A stretch of DNA of 64,000 bases from Octopus sinensis (Eukaryota). Made by a program: the position numbers and the translations under genes. The DNA lies in the NCBI RefSeq assembly GCF_006345805.1, contig NC_043007.1, positions 71,610,001-71,674,000 of the forward strand, in the 5' to 3' direction. Each line of letters opens with the position of its first letter. Positions within the stretch are counted from its first letter, which is position 1. Below, one piece after another: positions 24,726 to 38,282 of the stretch. The notes below the pieces were generated by a model, which was not told the origin of the DNA, made no database searches, and was given only the letters and a program-made list of their open reading frames with translations.

Positions 24726-25751
24726 ATATGAGAAAATAATATCATATTGTCCAGCCAAGATTTAGTAGCTTCAGTTCTTTATTGTTCCTTTCTAAGAGGA
24801 ACTACTTTAGCCATTTGGGTCTCTAAGGAAACTGTTTGATGCATTTGTTGTCTTCTATGCAATGTGAATTCTTGCTGATATTACCTCAAGGACCATGCAC
24901 CATCTGGCTTTTAACAGTAATGAAGAGCTCTTTCTCCTAGCAAGAATGTTGTAGCTCAACATGTATAATGGAGTCAATTTCCTTGGAGTGAATCTTGTTT
25001 GTTAACCAGATCAACATGTATGCATGTGGTGGCCCTTCTTATTCTGCGAGAGGGTAAATTAAATATTGTACTATATCAGTTTATTGGAATGAAAATTCAA
25101 GGCAAATTTTAGCCTAAAATAAATATATTTGTTTGTAACTATGATTTGAACTTGCATTCTTAAAATTTGGATCCAAATTTAAATGAATCAAAATTGGTTG
25201 ATATAAAGTATGCACATACTAGAAATAATGAGAGAGAGAGCACAAGAGAAAAGTGGAATAGATAACAATAGAGAGTGAGAGGGAGAGAGAAAGGAAGAAA
25301 AAGACTTGGAAGAGCAAAAATTTTCAATGAGAAACAGAAAGTGAGGTGGAATAGCAAAGCACAAGAAATTCATCACAGTATTGACCGTTCTATACTAAGA
25401 AATACTATTCACTGTCCCCCTCCACACTCTATATATACCCAGGTTTTCCCCCACTCACTTCCCCATCCCTCCGCACACTCTAATCCTGTACCTTTTGCAA
25501 TATCTTGCCACATATTACAACCTTCGAACCTCAAGGGTATGCCCTGGCACATGCCACCATCTATATCTCCCTCTTTCTTTACTTAACCATCCCATTTATA
25601 TTCTGATCCCTGTCTGTTGTGAGTATACCCGGCACTTTGCCACCATCTATGTCTCACTTTCTTTCTCTCTCTCCTTCTCCTGCACTTCCCTCAGGTTGGG
25701 TAACCATGTATCTCCTTGCAGCAGCACACCTGTTTCTGTCTTCATTCTTGA

Positions 25752-25782
<31 letters not shown>

Positions 25783-25914
25783 AGGTAACCTTGCACTTCC
25801 CTACAGCAAGACACCTGTTTCAGTCTCTCTGTCTCACTATAAGCCTTTAATCATCTGATACAAGATCATCTCCTTCAATGCCCTCTCTCTTCAAAAATGA
25901 TTTTTGTCTTGCAA

Positions 25915-26265
25915 GTTACTTGATGACCCTGTCAGTACAGGTGCCACTTAAAAAACATCCAGTCCACACTGTAAAATAGTTGGTGATTTGAAGGGCATCC
26001 AGCTGTAAAAATCCTGCCAAAACAGTTACAGAAGACTGATGCAGGCTTCTGCCTGGCCAGCTCCTGGTAAACCATTCCACCCATGCCAGCATGGAAGGCA
26101 GATAGTAAATGATGATGATGATGATATATATGATCTTCATCATTTAACGTCCTCTTTTCCATGTTTGCTTGGGTCATACTGGAGTCATTGAGGCAGATTT
26201 TCTGTGTCCTGATACTCTTCCTGTCACCAACTCTCACCTGTTTCCAAGCAAGGTAATAGACACCC
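25915..26265. mobile_element. Two family C repeats, tail to tail
   Basis: Plus copy ends ...gatagtaaatgatgatgatg (~26125); minus copy begins catcatttaacgtcc (~26138). Confidence 0.6.
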
Positions 26266-26329
26266 AACCTATCATACAAATAGTAGCCCAGGCATAGTAA
26301 TAAGCCTTTTTTGTTTTACAGAAATTGTT

Positions 26330-28240
26330 TAATGTGTCAAGACATGTGAAGTAACTTGGACATGCTTTCACAGTTGACTACAAACATTCAACACCACTTG
26401 TATTGATAGCGAGGCTGTTTACAGTCAACAGACATGATGGTTCACTTGCATTTAGTGATGCTGCAAAGAGAGACTTGATATGCCACTAAGAAAAGTTGCT
26501 AAATGAAGAGAATGAATGGGAGAAAGAGAGTCTGCCGAATTGACGGTACTTTGGTAGATAAAGCAATTAAGGGTATGAAGACAGAGAATTTCCCCGGCCC
26601 TTCAGGAATCACTGCAGAGATGCTTAAAATATCTGGTGGTGTAGGGTTTGTCACCTCTATAGTCAACCAGGTGATACATGAAGGAGTCATACCCAATGAC
26701 TGGTGCAGCAGCACCATAATCAACTGCTGCAAAGGAAAAGGTGACACATTAGATAGGAATAATTACAGAGGTATCAAACTGTTGGATCAGGTGATGAAAG
26801 TCACTGAGAGGGTCATAGCCCAATTAATCAGGAAGTGAGTTAGTTTAGATGAAATGCAGTTTGGGTTTGTGCCAGGGAGAAACACTACTGATGCTATATT
26901 TCTGGTAAGACAGCTACAAGAGAAATTCCTAGCCAAAGATAAATCTCTGTACTTGGCTTTCATTGACATGGAGAAAGCCTTTGACAGGGTTCCATGATCT
27001 CCTATCTGGTAGTCAATGCAGAAACAAGGGATAGATGAGTGGTTAATGAAGGCTGTACAAGTTATGTACAGGGACACTGTCAGTAAGGTGAGAGTTGGCA
27101 ATGAGTACAGTGAAGAATTTCAGGTAGGAGTAGGGGTTCACCAAGAATCAGTCCTCAGCCCTATCTTATTCATCATAGTCCTCCAGACAATAACAGAGGA
27201 ATTCAAGACAGTCTGCCCCTGGGAGCTCTATGCTGACAACCTTGCTCAAATAGCTGAGTTACTACCAGAGCTAGAGAAGTTTCAGGTGTGGAAGCAAGGT
27301 CTAGAATTGAAGGGCTTTAGAGTCAATATATCAAAAGCCAAAGTCTTAGTAAGTAGGAAAGGTGTAGGTAGAAACTCCATATGATGTACCCATTGTAAGC
27401 TATGGACACAAAAGGTGCAGCAGTATCAAAGGAAGGTTAACTGGGAAGATAGTTTTTGTGTGTGGCAGATGCACAGGGGCAATAAACACTGAAAATGTGC
27501 AGAAAACAGCTTTCATCACCTGCCAGGGGGAAAAACTAGAAGTAGTTGATAGCTTCCATTACCTAGGTGACCAAGTCAGCAGTGGGGGTGGATGCTCTGA
27601 GAGCGTAGCTGCTAGAATAAGAATAGCTTTGGCAAATTTCAGAGGGCTCCTACCTCTCGCTCAGAGTAAAAGGTAGACTGTATGACACGTGTGTGAACAG
27701 CCATGCTACATGGCAGTGAAACATGGGCTGCGACTGCTGAGGTATGTGTAAGCTTGAAAGAAATGAAGTTAGCATGCTCTGCTGGATGTGTCAGTGTGCA
27801 TATACAACAAAGTATAAGTGCCCTGAGAGAAAAGTTGGACATAAGCATCAGATGTGGTGTGCAAGAGAGACGACTGCGCTGGTATGGTCATGTGTTATGT
27901 ATGGATGAGGACAGCTGTGTAAAGAAGTGCTGATCAATAACTGTGGAAGGAATGTAGAAGAGGTAGACCCAAGAAGACCTGGGATTAAGTGGTGAAGTAT
28001 GACCTTCGAATGTTGGGCCTCACTGAGACAATGACAAGCGACCAAGATCTTTGGAGATATGCCATGCTTGAGAGGAGCCGGCAAGCCAAAGTGAGACCAT
28101 AACTGTGGCCTATGCCAGTGTTGCATAACCAGCCCATTTAATCGGCAGGCAGTGTGCTGTGCTTGAGAAGACCTACTGGGTCGAGTAAAATCATTGTTGC
28201 GGCCGATGCCAGTACCAACTGACTGGCCCCTATGATTCTG
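26330..28240 (+). mobile_element. RTE-clade LINE, 5'-truncated and degenerate
   Basis: RT motifs: KGKGD..D.NNYRGIKLL, QFGFVPGRNTTDAIFLVRQLQEK, AFIDMEKAFDRVP, GVHQESVLSPILF, LYADNL, FHYLGD, MLHGSETW, RLRWYGHVLCM. Confidence 0.92.
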
Positions 28241-30607
28241 GGCTCTATGGCTGATGAGAGACATTCCACATTTTATTGTTCATTTTTGTTTATTATTTCT
28301 ATTTTCCTTTTTGAATTTTTTCTACTACTAGATTTCTAGTACACATTGTCTCCTATTATTGCTCATCAGTAGATGGTTTTCTTGTTGCTCTTACTGTCAC
28401 TATTTTCCCCCCTTCTCTTTATCTTCCTTTTTTCATCCCTCTTCTTTTATCTTTCTGTCTCTATTACATATTTCCCTACCCAAACCTCTTGTCCCCTGCT
28501 GTTACTAGGTCCAATATTCCTTTCTTTCTATTTGGCATTCTAAAAAATCCCTATCCTTCTCTCTTGTTTTTAATGTGACAGCAGGTTTTCTTCCCCTATT
28601 CTTCTTGACATCAACTCTTGATGAACTTGTTAGTTTTCTGTGTCTAGCCAAAAGTCTATGATGTATATGTTTTTATTGAATTATATTATATATATATATC
28701 TGTCTGTAATTTTCCATCTCACTCATATGTTCTTCTCTTCTATATTCTAAGTCTTTTTCCTTTTGACATCTCTCATCTTAATAACACTTATCACTGATAG
28801 AAACTTATTATCACTGATAGAACCAAGGTGTAGTTTAAAAGAATTTAAGTCTTTTGACTTTAAATGCAGCAAAACTACTCAGTCCTTGTCTCTATGGCTG
28901 ATGAGCTGTGTTCCTTGTTTTATTTTACCTTTTCTGTTAATTATTTCCATGTTCTACTTTGACTTTCTTCTGCTGTGTGTGTGCATGCGCATGCGTGTGT
29001 GTGTGGATATGTATGATCTTTTACCATCCATCTTCCATATTGGCTTGGATTGGACTGCTTGACTGGATCTGATGGTTCAAAGGACTATATTATGCTCCAA
29101 TGTCTACTTTGGCAAAGTTTCTATTGCTGGATGCCCTTCCTAACATCAGCCATTTTACTAAGTGCATTTTGTGTGGCATCAACACCAGTGAAGTTGTTAA
29201 GTGGTTTGCAAGACTAAGATTCTCATTGGCTGAATGGGGTTACAGTAGAGAAAGATGCAGTTTTATGCAAGATGATGAAAGGTTAGGGTACAGAGAAACG
29301 AGGCTGAACATATTTCTTGTGAGACAAGTGATGCAGGGTTTGAGACTAATTGGTATGAAACAAGAAAGGGAAATAAATTTGGTGGTGAGAAAGTGTTAAG
29401 ATAGGTCCAAGGGACTAAAGAGCAAGAAGGGAGGCTAGGTTGCAGTAGCAAAAGTATATGGGAAGCATGAGGAATGATAATAAATGTGGTAAGGTGTGCA
29501 AAACATTGAATGATGAACAAGAGTCAAGGTGGAGATGTCTGTGATAAAATATGAGTTGGATAGAACGCAGGAGACAGAAAATGATAACTAGACATTGGGA
29601 AGGGTATAGGGGTGAGTATGGTGAATGTTGGTGGGATAATCAATGATACATATGAGTTGGGAAGTAAGGGTTGATTGGCAGTACAAGAGTCAAGAGCAGT
29701 AGGATAGAGAGACAGAGATGACATAACTAGATAGGTTAAAAGAGTGTGAGTGAAGAGAAAGATGTAATGCATGAATGAGAGTGAGAGATGTATAGTGATA
29801 TGGATAAATCAACAGAAAGTGGTTCATTGGAGAGGGAGAGAAGATTTGTTAGCAAAGAATGGTAGGCTAACCAATGTAAAATGTGAGTGGAGAGAAACAA
29901 TGTAATAATGAAGGATGGAAGACAATTGGAGTGGTTCCAGGTAGCAAGAAAGATAATTGATATCACAGAAAAGATGATAAAATATGTAGTCTGCTTTCAT
30001 TTGATTACAGCAACTGCAGCTTTCAAGTGATGGCAAGTTCAGTGATAGAGAATTAGGAGGTGGAGGGAAAATTTGATGAGGAAATCAGGCAAAGGTCCCA
30101 ATTGTGTTTATAGACATTTTACTTCCAGATGAGTCTTCTCAAACAAATGTTCTGGTCCTTAGTCATCTTCTTTATGAGCCTTCACTATTTCATTCCATAT
30201 TTTCCTCAGTTTGCATCTTCTACAAGCCCCATCCATCTTAAGCATTTGGCAATTTTTATGCAGCTGTTTTCATCCATATGCATCACATGACTATAACAGT
30301 ATAGTCTTCTGTCCTACACTCTACACTTAATGCCTTAAATTCCCAATTTTTCTCCCGGCACATATACACTTTGCAGATCATATAACACTAAGTTTGCACA
30401 TTTAATGGATCATTGTGGCTTCATTCCTTTGTAATCACAGACACACATACATAATATATTATAAAAATAAAATAGAGGTGTTAAAGGTGAAGATAGATTT
30501 ATTTTTCCATATGGTTACAGCTGTTTCAAAACCTTTATCTGATTTTAATTTCAGTATGCAAAATTATATGTACATGTTTGTACTCTCAGTATTATGCAAG
30601 ACAATTG

Positions 30608-30608
<1 letters not shown>

Positions 30609-30654
<46 letters not shown>

Positions 30655-31030
30655 GGTCCGTTTTCAATGCTGGCATGGGTTGAACAGTTTGACAGGAGCT
30701 GACAAGCTGAAGAACTACAATAGGCCCCAATTGTCTGTTTTGGTATGGCTTCTACAGCTGGATGCCTTTTCTATAATGCCAGCCAATTCACAGCATACTG
30801 CATGTTTTTCTAAGTGACACTGGCATGAGTGCTTCTCATGTGGCACTGACATGGGTGATTTTTGTATGGCACCATCACAGGTGCTTTTACATGAGACCAG
30901 CACCTACGATCTTGTAGGACAAAGATTTCTTGGCTGACAGAAGGACATACCTGTATATATAGCTGACCACAATTTTACTTAGTTTAACGTGTCTTCTCAA
31001 GTACAGCAAATCAGCTGAAGACTCGTTCCC
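30609..31030 (-). mobile_element. RTE-tail repeat family C
   Basis: (CAT)n tail plus catgctggcatgggttg signature. Confidence 0.65.
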
Positions 31031-31897
31031 TTGACATCTCCTTAATGAGGCCTAGTGTCTGAAGATAATTTCTCACCACTTCATCCCACCACAAATTAAT
31101 GCAAATGAAGAAAGCTAGCTCATCAGATCACCAGAACATTATGGTTACATCTACAATTTAATTTTGCATTAATTTGCAAATATATCGTTGCATTGTATAA
31201 TGCTGAGCATATATATTGATGCAGACATATACATATAATTTTGCATACTGAAATTAATACTACATGAAGAAATTATGAAATAACTGTAATCGTATAGAAG
31301 CAATATGGATAAATATATCTGTCTTCACCTCTTACTTCTCTTGACCTCATATTTTATTTACTCCAAGAAGAAAAATTTATCTTTAGGATTATTCTGGATT
31401 TTCAGTTACACAGACACATTACATTACATCATCATTATCATTTAATTTCTGCTTTCCATGGTGGCACGGCTTGGACGGTTTGACTGAAAATTGGCAAGCT
31501 GGGGTGGGGTGGGCCGCACCAGGTTCTGATCTGAATTTGACAAGGTTTCTACAGCTGGATGCCCTTCTTCACACTAACCACTCCAAGTGTGTAGGTGGGT
31601 GGGTGGGGGCAGTATAGATTCTTATTGAAATCCTATTAACCTATAATTGAATTGGATGTTAGTTTAACATGTATGCAAAGTTTCATCAAGATTGGTTCAC
31701 TGGTGTAGGCAGCAAGATGGTATTAGACAGAGTGACAGACAGAAATTGCCATTTATGTATAAGATACATATAGATACATATATCAAATTAAATTCACAAC
31801 TGAAAGAGCTACTAACAGTTTCTTGCTATTGTGGTACTTGAACAGGTATATTTATAAAATAAACCATATATCTTAAAGCAATCTTTTGGTGGAATAT

Positions 31898-32170
31898 CTA
31901 GAAGTAGTTGATAGCTTCCATTATCTAGGTGACCAAGTCAGCAGTGGAGGTGGATGCTCAGAGAGTATAGCTGTTAGTATAATAGTAGGCTGGACATAGT
32001 TCAGAGAGCTTCTACCTTTCTTGGTAACTAAGGGCTTCTCCATCAGAATGAAAGGCAGATTGTATGATGGGCTGTGACCACTTAGGACATGTCTAGGCTT
32101 GAAAGAAATGAAGCTAGTATTCTTTGCTGGATGTGAAATGTCAGTGTACATGTATGACAGAGTGTAATCA
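31898..32170 (+). mobile_element. RTE fragment
   Basis: Nucleotide similarity to 27537-27800 (ctagaagtagttgatagcttccatta.ctaggtgaccaagtcagcagtgg). Confidence 0.75.
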
Positions 32171-32979
32171 TCTTTGTGTCATTACCTTTACACTTAGGTG
32201 CCATGTCACCTTTCTGTCTCTCACTGCTCGATTCACCTACCCACTTTCACCCTAGCTCCCCTCTCTTTTTCTTACTATCCCCCCCCATTGTCTCCCAATC
32301 TGGAATTTTTTTTTATTTAGCCATACACACACTCTGCTCTTCCCCAACCTTTCTTTTCTTCAATGATTCATGAATCCTCACCATTCTAATCTATTTCTCC
32401 CTTCTCTCTCTTTTTACTCTTACCATCCATATTCTCACCTTTATATTGTTGGATAACATCTGACCCCTCTTACTCAAACCCACTTCATTCCTTTTCCACT
32501 CTGTACCCTCACCTTTTCTCAACCACTCTGACACTGATCTTTTTCCCCTGGTTTCAACCATACTCACTCTCCCAATTAGTGTCTTGTTTTTGCTTTTTGT
32601 TATTCTCTCCTCTGCTACCCTATCACAGCTAACAGTCTGTTCCTCTCAATTTACTTATTCTTTCTCATCACCTTGTCTTGAACAATCATGTTCTCTCCTG
32701 TTTCTCCTTTAGTCTTGCAAGATATGACAATCTTCACCAGTGCTGGAGTCATCATCAGAAAGTACCCACTACATTCTGTAAGTGATTAGAAAGGCATCCA
32801 GTTGTAGAAACCATGCAAAATATACACTGGAATATGACATAGCTCTGCAACTTATCAAATTCTTTTGGACTGTCCAACTCATGCCAGTATGGAAGGCATA
32901 TATTATTATGTAATATATATCTGTATCTAGGATATAGCTAAGTAGAATTGTTGTCATCCATATATACAGGCATTTCCTT

Positions 32980-33125
32980 TGCAGGTGTCACGTAAAATGC
33001 ACTCATGCTGGTGCTGTGTAAAATGCATCTATGCTGGTGGCACATAAAAGGTACCCAGCATACCCTGTAAAGTGATTGGCATTAGGAAGGGCATCCAGCC
33101 TAGAGACCATACCAGAACAGACAAT
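32980..33125 (+). mobile_element. Family C fragment
   Basis: ggcacataaaaggtaccc...ggcattaggaagggcatccagc. Confidence 0.55.
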
Positions 33126-33334
33126 TGGAGCTCCCCAGCAGTGTGTGTGTGTTTGTATGAAAAATATTTTTTGTCATGTTTGTTACATGAAAAATGTATA
33201 TATTATTATCAGTCACTCAAATTAACAACACAAAGGTCTTAGGTGTTTCTAATGATAATATATATTAAATATTATTTAACATCATTATTAAAATAAATAC
33301 TATCACTAATAATTCTTTCTACTATAAACCCAAT

Positions 33335-33530
33335 ACCCAAAATTTTTGGGGAGGGAGCTCATCAATTACATCAACTTCAGTGCTTAACTGGTACCTATTT
33401 CATTGACCCCCAAAAGAATGAAAGGCAAGGTCAGCCTCAGTAGAATTTGAAATGAGAATGTAAAGCCAGAAGGAAGCCACTAAGAGTTTTGTTTGATGTG
33501 TTAAAGATTCTGTCAGTTTGCCACCTCACT
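33335..33530 (-). mobile_element. SINE family D
   Basis: Reverse complement of the family D pattern. Confidence 0.6.
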
Positions 33531-33762
33531 ACTGGTGACAATAATATTATTAATCACCATAGTAATAATAATAACAGTAGTAACGTTCATAACAACACTG
33601 AGCTCTAAATTCCATCAATAATATCTCTAAAAATAGTAACAAAAGATCGTTAAAGATACTAAAATTCTCACTATAATAAAAAAGATTATGGTAATCCATC
33701 TATAATAATATTATTAAAACATTGATATTAGTAATATTATTATTAATGTATTAGTCTTATTA

Positions 33763-35859
33763 CACTGGTCAACAAAATTAATCATCAGAGTTGCTGATTG
33801 ACTTTTCTGGGTTAATTTTTGATGTTGATTACGAATCTGAAGTTTGATTTCCTCTATCAGGTCACATTTTCATGTTAATGACACCTGCTGTTTTCACTTA
33901 TAGGATACGTAAAGCATGTCTATATAAAGTATATGGAATACGAGATACAATAATTTCATGGCTTTTTATTGTACAACATTAAAATTATTGTGTACAAATA
34001 AGTTAGAATACACTCAACTGCATAACAACTTAAAATTTCTGGGATTTGGACTTTCTATGGTGTTTTGTCTCAGGTTCATCCCTATATAACATCCAACAGT
34101 AGCCAGCTAACATTCCTGCATTCCAAAATCCTTGATATTGTTGTTCAATCGATGCAATATCTTGATGAAAGTGTTCCCCTTGCTCCAAGGTTCTCTGCAA
34201 AATAAGTCCAGATGTGAATCAAGGAAATGGACTTTTAGTGACATATGACAGCCCATTGCAGTGTAGGAGTCTAGAAGACATTTCACTCCATTTCTAAACT
34301 CTAGAGATCTCTTGTTGCCTAGGAAATTTTCACTTAGCCATTTTGAGGATTCCCAGGCTTTAAGCTCAATCTCATCCTGTGCTGTGAGGAAGTGGTTGTC
34401 CTTCAGGAGTTCTTTTATCTGCAGACCTATGAATATGCCCTCCTTCAGTTTTGCCTTGGTGATTTTTGGAAATTTGGCCTTCATATATTTAAAACCTTTT
34501 GAGCTTTTCCTGGCAAGTGTCTTCATGAATTGTTTCATGAGGTCAAGCTTTATGTGAAGAGGTGGAAGAAGTACATTTTCTGGGTTTAAAAGTGGCTTGC
34601 TCTGGATGCTAGAAACTCCCGGCTCATATGATTTTCGCAAAGGCCACTCTGATTGCACATAGTGCTTGTTAGTTGCATGACTATCCCATAGGCATAAAAA
34701 GCAACAATATTTCGTGAACCCAGATTGCATTCTCATCAATATTCCAATCACCTTCAAGTCTCCACATATTTTCCAGCTGTAGTTTGTATACTTTATGGCA
34801 TTGAGGAGTACTTGCATGTTTTCACAACACTCCTTCATGTGCACTAAATGTCCTATGGGAATGGATGGTTGCTTATTGCCGTTGTGTAGTAGTACTGCCT
34901 TAAGGCTTCTCTTAGACGACTCAATGAATAAGTGCCATTCAGCTGGAACATGCTCTTGGAACCATCATCAGTGTTATTACTGAAACAAAGTGGTCCATCA
35001 ACAGAGAAGCATGAAGTCAGATTCCTATTTCTCTTCCTGAAATGACTAATACAAACATCTTTCTTAAGCAGACACTTTTCTTGTAGGCGAGATGCTAATA
35101 GTTCAGCTTTATCCTTCGACAATGACAAGTTTCTAACTAAATCATATATCTCTCCTTGAGAACATTTCTGTGGTACGTCTTCATTTTCAATCATGAAATC
35201 TGAATCCACTTCAGTGTCTTCAACAGCAATAGTATTTTCTTCAGGAAATACATCTTCGTCAGACATTTTCTGTTATTGGAACAGGAAGATCATTGTTGTT
35301 CTGTGGTACTGGTCTTCTTGCTGATTCCAAGTTGGGATACACAATCTTATGCTTGGTCTTTACAGTAAACCCATATACGTTAACGTTGTAGAAATAACAG
35401 TCCATGAAATGATCCTTTGGCTCTCTCCATATCATAGGTATTGCAAACGGCATTGCTCTCTTCCTCTTATTTAGCCAATTCCTTAGTCCATTTGAACAAG
35501 CTGAGCAGATGATGTGCGGGGCCCAACTCTTATCTTGATCCCTGAGAGAGCAGCCAAAGTATAACTGGTAAATCTTCTTGATTTCACTTGTGATGGCATG
35601 TTGCTGAGCTTTGGTGGTAAATGAACCACAGACATGACAAAATATATCAGGACTGTTCTTGCAATGCCTTGACATCCTGAGTAGAATTTGATGATGATGA
35701 TGACTTGGCACCTTAAACAGAAAGTAAAATTTATGGAAAGAAAAGATTATGCAAACATGCCTGATAGAAGGAAATCAATTACATTTTTGAAATCTGCGGA
35801 CAAAACTACATATAAAACACCATATAATATCCCTGATGAAAATTGGCTGTTGACCAGTG
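33763..35859 (-). mobile_element. Chapaev3-like (CMC) DNA transposon, full length, frameshifted transposase
   Basis: TTA TSD at 33760-62 and 35860-62; 12-bp perfect TIR CACTGGTCAACA plus subterminal cctgataga(a)ggaaatcaa inverted repeats. Three ORF pieces (35259-35711, 34853-35266, 34107-34844) with CKNSPDIFCHVCG, DQDKSWAPHIIC, PMIWREP, TKYCCFLCLWDS, LLPPLHIKL, MSLKVHFLDSHLD. Family name from recall of Chapaev3 features. Confidence 0.85.
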
Positions 35860-36769
35860 TTATTAGATGATTACTATTGTTGATCAGTTAATGATATTAA
35901 TAATAGTTCCAGTTATGTCTCTGATGTAGCTGAAAGATGACAGTGGTAATAATGATGATGATAATGATGCTATTATTAAGGTGATGATGAAGTGTAGAGG
36001 GGGAAGAAAATTGTGAGTCCTTTATTTATTTATTTTTTTTTTGGTAATGGGTGTATGATTCACCCACAGAGTTGCTAGGATTGCATTACACCATGACAAA
36101 TATTGTAAAGGAAGTTATTCTACATTCCATCATGTATTCACATTAGATATATGTATACTGTTTGTGTATTTATTGCTAAGTAAATAAAAACTTCTTTTCT
36201 TTTATAAAAACTTCCAACAAATATGAAAGGAAACTGCAATTAATATAATTTGGCTGACACTGGATTGCACTTATAATATGGAGAAACATTTTTACTAATA
36301 TGTCTGTAGAAAGTAGCATCATGAATGGTATGAGAGAAAGAAAAAAGACAAAGAATTAAAATTAGTTTTCTGTGGTTGATCTCTTCAAAAATAAAAGAAA
36401 CTTCCAAACCATACTTTGATAAAAAAAAATATATTAAAATGAGGATTTTTAAGAATTTTCTTGATGATGTAAACTTTAATAATTGCTTTTCTTTTGTAAA
36501 AGTTACATACTACAGACTAATTAATAAGTGGCTTTCTTTATTATAGTTATAGATACAAAGGGATTGATGGATAATGTATGTAATGTTGGAGATAGTGCTA
36601 GGTGTTATAGTGCAAGGGGTTTTCTTTCCTAATGTTATACTATATGTTATACTGTGTGTAATGTATATTGTTTAAGTTGAGTGTGTAATGTATGTAATAT
36701 TTTTATGAAATCATAGTACTGGTAATTCTATCGTCCTGAGCCAAGTAATGGTCTATAATTTAGGTAAGA

Positions 36770-37140
36770 TCATTAAATTTTGTACCTGTAGACTGTTATT
36801 TTCTCAGATTTCTTGTTTAAAAGTTCTGAATTTGCAAAGGGGGTCTGATATGCGTCTTTGGTACAAACATTAAATTTTGTTCCTTCTGTATAGTATGATT
36901 TCAGCCCCAAACCTCTTCTACAGAGTGAATTGATGCTGGTTTCTTTTAAGCACCAGAGGTAGCTTGATAATGTAGCCATATTCTTCTTTGCTTTGTGTCT
37001 CAAGTGTATCTACACTTTAACTTATTTTCCCTAAGTTTGAAGTGTTAGTTACCACCTTATTCTGGTAGACTATATTTTTTCTAGCTATTTAGAAATAAAA
37101 GGACAACTAGGTAGATTCATACAATTACAGTCACATTTTG
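36770..37140 (-). mobile_element. Penelope-like element GIY-YIG C-terminal relic (Naiad-type pattern)
   Basis: Minus fragments CNCMNLPSCPL, KNIVYQNKV, TLSSYLWCLKE, LLNKKSE resemble the CNC..CPL..CL..NIVY..T.LS.YIW.LK..LLNKRSE pattern. Confidence 0.6.
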
Positions 37141-37329
37141 AGGCTCTGTTATTATTCTCTAGTGTATTTAATCTTAACTATATTTGACAAAGTTGTTTTG
37201 TGTTATGTTAGGGATGATAGAATAAGAACTCCACTTAGAGTGTCTTCATCCAATCTACTTCAATAGAGTAGCATTGTTACTACTGTACTTGGTAATATTA
37301 CCAGTTGTGATATACAGAGTAACAATATT

Positions 37330-38072
37330 CTTTTATTCTTTTATTTGTTTCAGTCATTTGACTGCAGCCATGCTGGAGCACCGCCTTTCGTCGAGTAAAT
37401 CGACCGCAGGACTTATTCTTTGTAAGCCTAGTACTTATTCTATCGGTCTTTCTTGCTGAACCACTAAGTGACGGGGACGTAAACACACCAGCATCAGTTG
37501 TCAAGCGATGTTGGGGGGACAAACACAGACACACAAATATATACATATACTAGCAGTATCGCCCGGCGTTGCTCGGGTTTGTAAGGGAAATAACTATAAA
37601 GCATTTTTAGAGAGTTATATCCAAAAAAATGGAAAAAAAATTATGGTAAATTTTTTTTTGAGAGTTAAAACGGTCGAGTTGCGTCCCCTAGACAGTCTGT
37701 GGTTTGTGTTTCTGATTCTCGACCTCATGTCGAATTTATCGATTTTTTTCAGAACTGGGGAAACTTTTCAAAATTTTCTCTGCGTTAGTTTTGAATTATG
37801 ACATTGGGCTATGTGTGTGTTAAGTTTCATCAGAATCGGTTGAAAGCCGTGGTCAGGGTGAGGGTACAAGCAAACAGACACACAGAAACACGCACAGACA
37901 AACTGCCGTTTATATATAGAGAGATATGTATATGTATACACGACGGGCTTCTTTCAGTTTCCGTCTACCAAATCCACTCACAAGGCTTTGGTTGGCCCAA
38001 GGCTATAGTAGAGACACTTGCCCATGTGGTTGGTAAGCAAGCTACTTACCACACAGCCACTCCTGTGCCTAT
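37330..38072 (-). mobile_element. SINE family A split by a Helitron
   Basis: Family A halves at 37330-37549 and 37925-38072. Confidence 0.8.
37550..37924 (-). mobile_element. Non-autonomous Helitron
   Basis: Minus strand A|TCTCTCTATATATAAACGGCAG...CCCG-AGCAACGC-CGGG hairpin...CTAG|T; no TSD. Confidence 0.85.
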
Positions 38073-38282
38073 ATGAAAACATATAGAAAAGACTATATAG
38101 AAAAATTGTTTGTTCCCTGTTAACGTAATGTAATAAAGAATTCCTCTTCAGAACTTGTGCATCTGCATTCAAATGCACTATGAACACCTACAGCAGAGGA
38201 TGCAAATAGCAATTGGTATAAACTATATCTTGTGTTTGTCATATTGTTTCCCATCCCACCTCCTACTCTCTCTATGCTCTAT

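Larger units (their letters stand above)
21700..25070 (-). mobile_element. Decayed autonomous Helitron (Rep and PIF1-type helicase relic)
   Basis: Motifs in RepHel order on the minus strand: GPPHAYMLIWL.NKI...IDSII (~25040), VHGP*GN..NS.C..D.KC.K.FP (~24890), DGTTKTF (~22715), AVVSSSIATTILPGCCTTYSAFKLP (~22620), VVLLGDFYQNL (~22400), NKSQRKTL..AGL (~21760). Interrupted by SINEs; many stops and frameshifts. Confidence 0.8.
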
